NCBI GenBank assembly: GCA_947380375.1
Contig: CANCQX010000068.1
Span: 1 to 17,189 of the forward strand
Source: Flavobacteriales bacterium
GTDB lineage: Bacteria; Bacteroidota; Bacteroidia; Flavobacteriales_D; Crocinitomicaceae
Length of the DNA stretch: 17,189 bases
Direction: 5' to 3'
Part shown: positions 14,626 to 17,189 of the stretch, piece by piece
Numbering within the stretch: the stretch's first letter is position 1
Layout: every line of letters starts with the position of its first letter
Position numbers and translations under genes: made by a program
Notes under the pieces: generated by a model
What the model was told of the DNA's origin: nothing
What the model saw: the letters and a program-made list of their open reading frames with translations, nothing else
Databases searched by the model: none

Positions 14626-16566
14626 TTACTCTTCTTCAGAAGACTTACCCTTTTTAATTTCTTCTTTCTGTTCAATCTTTTTAGGATCCATCATTTCCAT
14701 TAGTTTTAGTCCTAATAATCCATCAAGAGCTGTTCCACCACCATTTTGACCTCCACCTATAAGAACATCAGGAATTAATTTTACATTTCCTTTTGCTAAT
14801 TCTTCTGTAATTTTATAGCGAGTAAAGTTTTCATTTCCTAAAGCTTTAACACTTAATTCATAAGCTTCAGCAGTAGATTTACCGATTGCTAGAATTTTTT
14901 CAGCTTCAGCATTACCAGTCAACGAAATTCTTTCAGCTTCCGCCTCCGCTCTCAATTTCACAGCTGAAGATTCTGCTTCAGCACGAGCTTTAGTCGCAAC
15001 AGCTTCAGCTTGGGCTCGTAGTTTTGTTGCTTCAGCTTCAGCACTTACAGCTAATTTAACACTTGCAGCTTCACCTTCTGATTTTTTCACGGCAGCACTA
15101 GCAGTTCTTTCCGCAATTTCAACACTTTGTTGAGCTGATACAATCTCTTTTTGCATATCGGCAATGGCTGTTTCTTTCTCCATTCCCTGACGTGTTTCTT
15201 GTGCTTGTTTTTGAGTATCGTAAGTTACTTTTTGTTCTTCTGCAAGTTTACGATCGGTCAATGTTTTCATTAAAGATTCTGGAGGAGTAATATCTCCAAT
15301 CAAAGTATCAACAGCATTTACATTGTATTCATCCAATACTTTTTTGATATGGAATTTAGCTGAATCTTGACGTTCTTTACGAGTACTTAAGAAAGCAATT
15401 ACATCACTATCTTGCGCCGAGTTACGGAAATAATTACCTATTGTTGGTTCTAATACTTGAGATACTAAATTGATCATATTTCCAAATCGAGCAATTACTT
15501 TTGGTGCTTCAGTTGTTGGAACGTGAATAATTTGAGAAACATCTAAATTAAATGGAAAACCATCTTTTGATCGAACTGTAATTGTGGATAAATTTTTATC
15601 TAAATTATGAGCCTCACTTCTTGCGCTTGCCCAATTTAATACAAGATTTGTTGTAGGAACTAATTCCACTTTCATAATGTATTTATTGATAGGATATTTA
15701 CCCGGACCAAGAGGCTCCAACCAAACACCTTTATACCCTTTTTCTACAATATTCCCGTGTTTAAATTCAGAACCAGTTAAATCGTGACCTTCTTGACCAA
15801 TATATGAAATAACAACACCAACATATCCGATTGGAATTTCTGTCATCAAAGTTTCTTCCATTTGAATAGCCCAAGGATTTAAATTGTAAGAACCGGCTAA
15901 AATTACTTGTGGCTGTAAACCACGATTTCCACCATTCAAAATGAATTTATCAAAATCTTGGAAATTATTATGACCCTCAACTAATTTACCAGCAATACTT
16001 CCAGCTTCAATCGGTAAACCATCTAAAGTAGTTACAATTCCAACCATACTTTCTTGGATACGAATCATATCAGTAACTGATACTTGAAATAAAAGTGTAT
16101 TAATTCTGTATGATCCTGCCGTAATGTAGTTTGTTTGACGACCTTTTTGTCCGCCATTTGTTAGGAATTTTTCAGCATCTTGAAAATTATCGCAATCAAC
16201 TCGTAAACCCAAGATATTTCCAGTTGGAATTTCTCTACCATCTTTCGCTAATACCAATCCAATTTGACCTTCAGGGATAACCGTAAAATTCCCCATACTT
16301 ATTTCGTATTGCCAAATCCATTTCCAAAAATACAATCCCGGAGCAAGTGTTTTTGCTTGAAACCCAGCCTCACCTAATGTAGCTAAAATTCTACCATCTG
16401 GTAATTCTTTATTTTCTCCGAACAAGACAAATTTCTTTGTCACTAAACCAACTTTATCTTCTGGAACTATAACCATTCCGAAGAAAAAACGCAATACAAA
16501 TTTGTAAAAAACAAGAGCTAAAATGATTAAACCAGCCCACCAATAATTTTGAAATAAATGATCCAT
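14626..16566 (-). CDS. Flotillin-family (SPFH/Band-7) membrane protein.
   Basis: N-terminal TM helix (WWAGLIILALVFYKFVL), an SPFH core, and then a long Ala/Glu-rich coiled coil with EA repeats (AEAEATKLRAQAEAVATKARAEAESSAVKLRAEAEAER) plus a flotillin C-terminal segment. There is an internal ~35-aa duplicated motif (NFQD.EKF.TNGG..G.Q....AGSY.). Confidence 0.85.
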   Translation of the reverse strand: MDHLFQNYWWAGLIILALVFYKFVLRFFFGMVIVPEDKVGLVTKKFVLFGENKELPDGRILATLGEAGFQAKTLAPGLYFWKWIWQYEISMGNFTVIPEGQIGLVLAKDGREIPTGNILGLRVDCDNFQDAEKFLTNGGQKGRQTNYITAGSYRINTLLFQVSVTDMIRIQESMVGIVTTLDGLPIEAGSIAGKLVEGHNNFQDFDKFILNGGNRGLQPQVILAGSYNLNPWAIQMEETLMTEIPIGYVGVVISYIGQEGHDLTGSEFKHGNIVEKGYKGVWLEPLGPGKYPINKYIMKVELVPTTNLVLNWASARSEAHNLDKNLSTITVRSKDGFPFNLDVSQIIHVPTTEAPKVIARFGNMINLVSQVLEPTIGNYFRNSAQDSDVIAFLSTRKERQDSAKFHIKKVLDEYNVNAVDTLIGDITPPESLMKTLTDRKLAEEQKVTYDTQKQAQETRQGMEKETAIADMQKEIVSAQQSVEIAERTASAAVKKSEGEAASVKLAVSAEAEATKLRAQAEAVATKARAEAESSAVKLRAEAEAERISLTGNAEAEKILAIGKSTAEAYELSVKALGNENFTRYKITEELAKGNVKLIPDVLIGGGQNGGGTALDGLLGLKLMEMMDPKKIEQKEEIKKGKSSEEE

Positions 16567-16670
16567 GATAATTTTAATTTTTAGTTTGAATAGTAAAGAT
16601 ACTATTTAGAATAATTTAAAGTAATCCAGATAAAAAATAAATAAATTCTAAAAAAGTAAAATTAATTTGC

Positions 16671-16704
16671 AAAAGAAAGGGTCATTCAAATTGAACAACC
16701 CTAA
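16671..16704 (-). terminator. Rho-independent terminator (minus strand) after the 119-aa gene and before the flotillin gene.
   Basis: On the minus strand it reads AGGGTTGTTCAATTTGAATGACCCT followed by TTCTTTTG. There is a 5-bp GC-containing outer stem plus an inner stem, then a U-rich tract, about 22 nt after the stop at 16725. Confidence 0.5.
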
Positions 16705-16724
16705 CTTAATTTTATATGTTAAAT

Positions 16725-17084
16725 TTAATATAACTCCATTTTTAAAGCCGAACGGTAATCTTTAATTTCCTCACGATTTATTTTGTGATCTGCTTTTTTA
16801 AGTAAGTCAAGCAAATACAATAGATTTTCTTTGTCTTCTATTTCAACAGGATATTCACTACCTTCTTCATCCTCTTCGAATTGCCCTTGAACGCCAAAAG
16901 CTTTTCTATCTGCTAAAAACTCATATGTTAGGCGTAAAACTTTTACAACTAACGGATCTTGTTCCTTAAGAGCTAATTCTCTTAATTCTTTTAAATCATC
17001 TATTAAACCAGTTGCTAAGATTCCTTCTTTTTCAACTTTGTCGATGATTACATCTAATTGTTTATTTGCTGCAAGAATTTTCAT
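16725..17084 (-). CDS. Hypothetical small acidic protein, 119 aa.
   Basis: Clean ORF with protein-like composition. It is Glu/Asp-rich (EEDEEGSEYPVEIEDKEN) with no recognisable domain and has its own terminator. Confidence 0.5.
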   Translation of the reverse strand: MKILAANKQLDVIIDKVEKEGILATGLIDDLKELRELALKEQDPLVVKVLRLTYEFLADRKAFGVQGQFEEDEEGSEYPVEIEDKENLLYLLDLLKKADHKINREEIKDYRSALKMELY

Positions 17085-17189
17085 AAAGTATCAATTTTCA
17101 AAACTAAACGGAAATCGTTTAAATCGTTCGTGACTGCAAATGTAATGAACTTGAATGATATTTGGATACTTTGAACTAAATTTTAGAAA

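Noticed and set aside
1-17189. Looked for tRNA/rRNA genes, IS elements, integrases and phage genes.
   Set aside because: No T-loop/anticodon-arm-like conserved segments, no transposase-like or integrase-like ORFs and no long terminal inverted repeats were seen. Apart from the ATPase insertion and the TA pair, the window does not look like a mobile element.

Overview
This is an AT-rich window that looks like a Bacteroidota/Flavobacteriia chromosome, judging by codon usage and TAnnTTTG-type -7 promoter boxes. It is mostly conserved housekeeping backbone. It holds the 3' end of metG and complete leuS, pgk, rlmF, miaE, a tandem-Usp protein, a YqhD-like Fe-alcohol dehydrogenase and a flotillin/SPFH protein. 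Accessory-looking genes are interspersed. There is a higB-higA toxin-antitoxin pair directly after metG. Two adjacent, very AT-rich signal-peptide proteins of unknown function follow the dehydrogenase. A GH3-family adenylating enzyme sits on the minus strand. The most unusual region is a single AAA+ ATPase gene of the AAA_14/DUF4143 (COG1373) type between leuS and pgk. This ATPase carries a wHTH-like segment and a C-terminal D...ExK motif, and its promoter overlaps three phased 32-bp tandem repeats that each contain an 8-bp inverted repeat (TGACGGAA-N10-TTCCGTCA). There are clear rho-independent terminators after usp, after leuS (a perfect 20-bp palindrome), and a bidirectional one after pgk. 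I found no rRNA, tRNA, CRISPR array or transposase. All calls are by eye from the translated ORFs and raw sequence; no homology searches were run.
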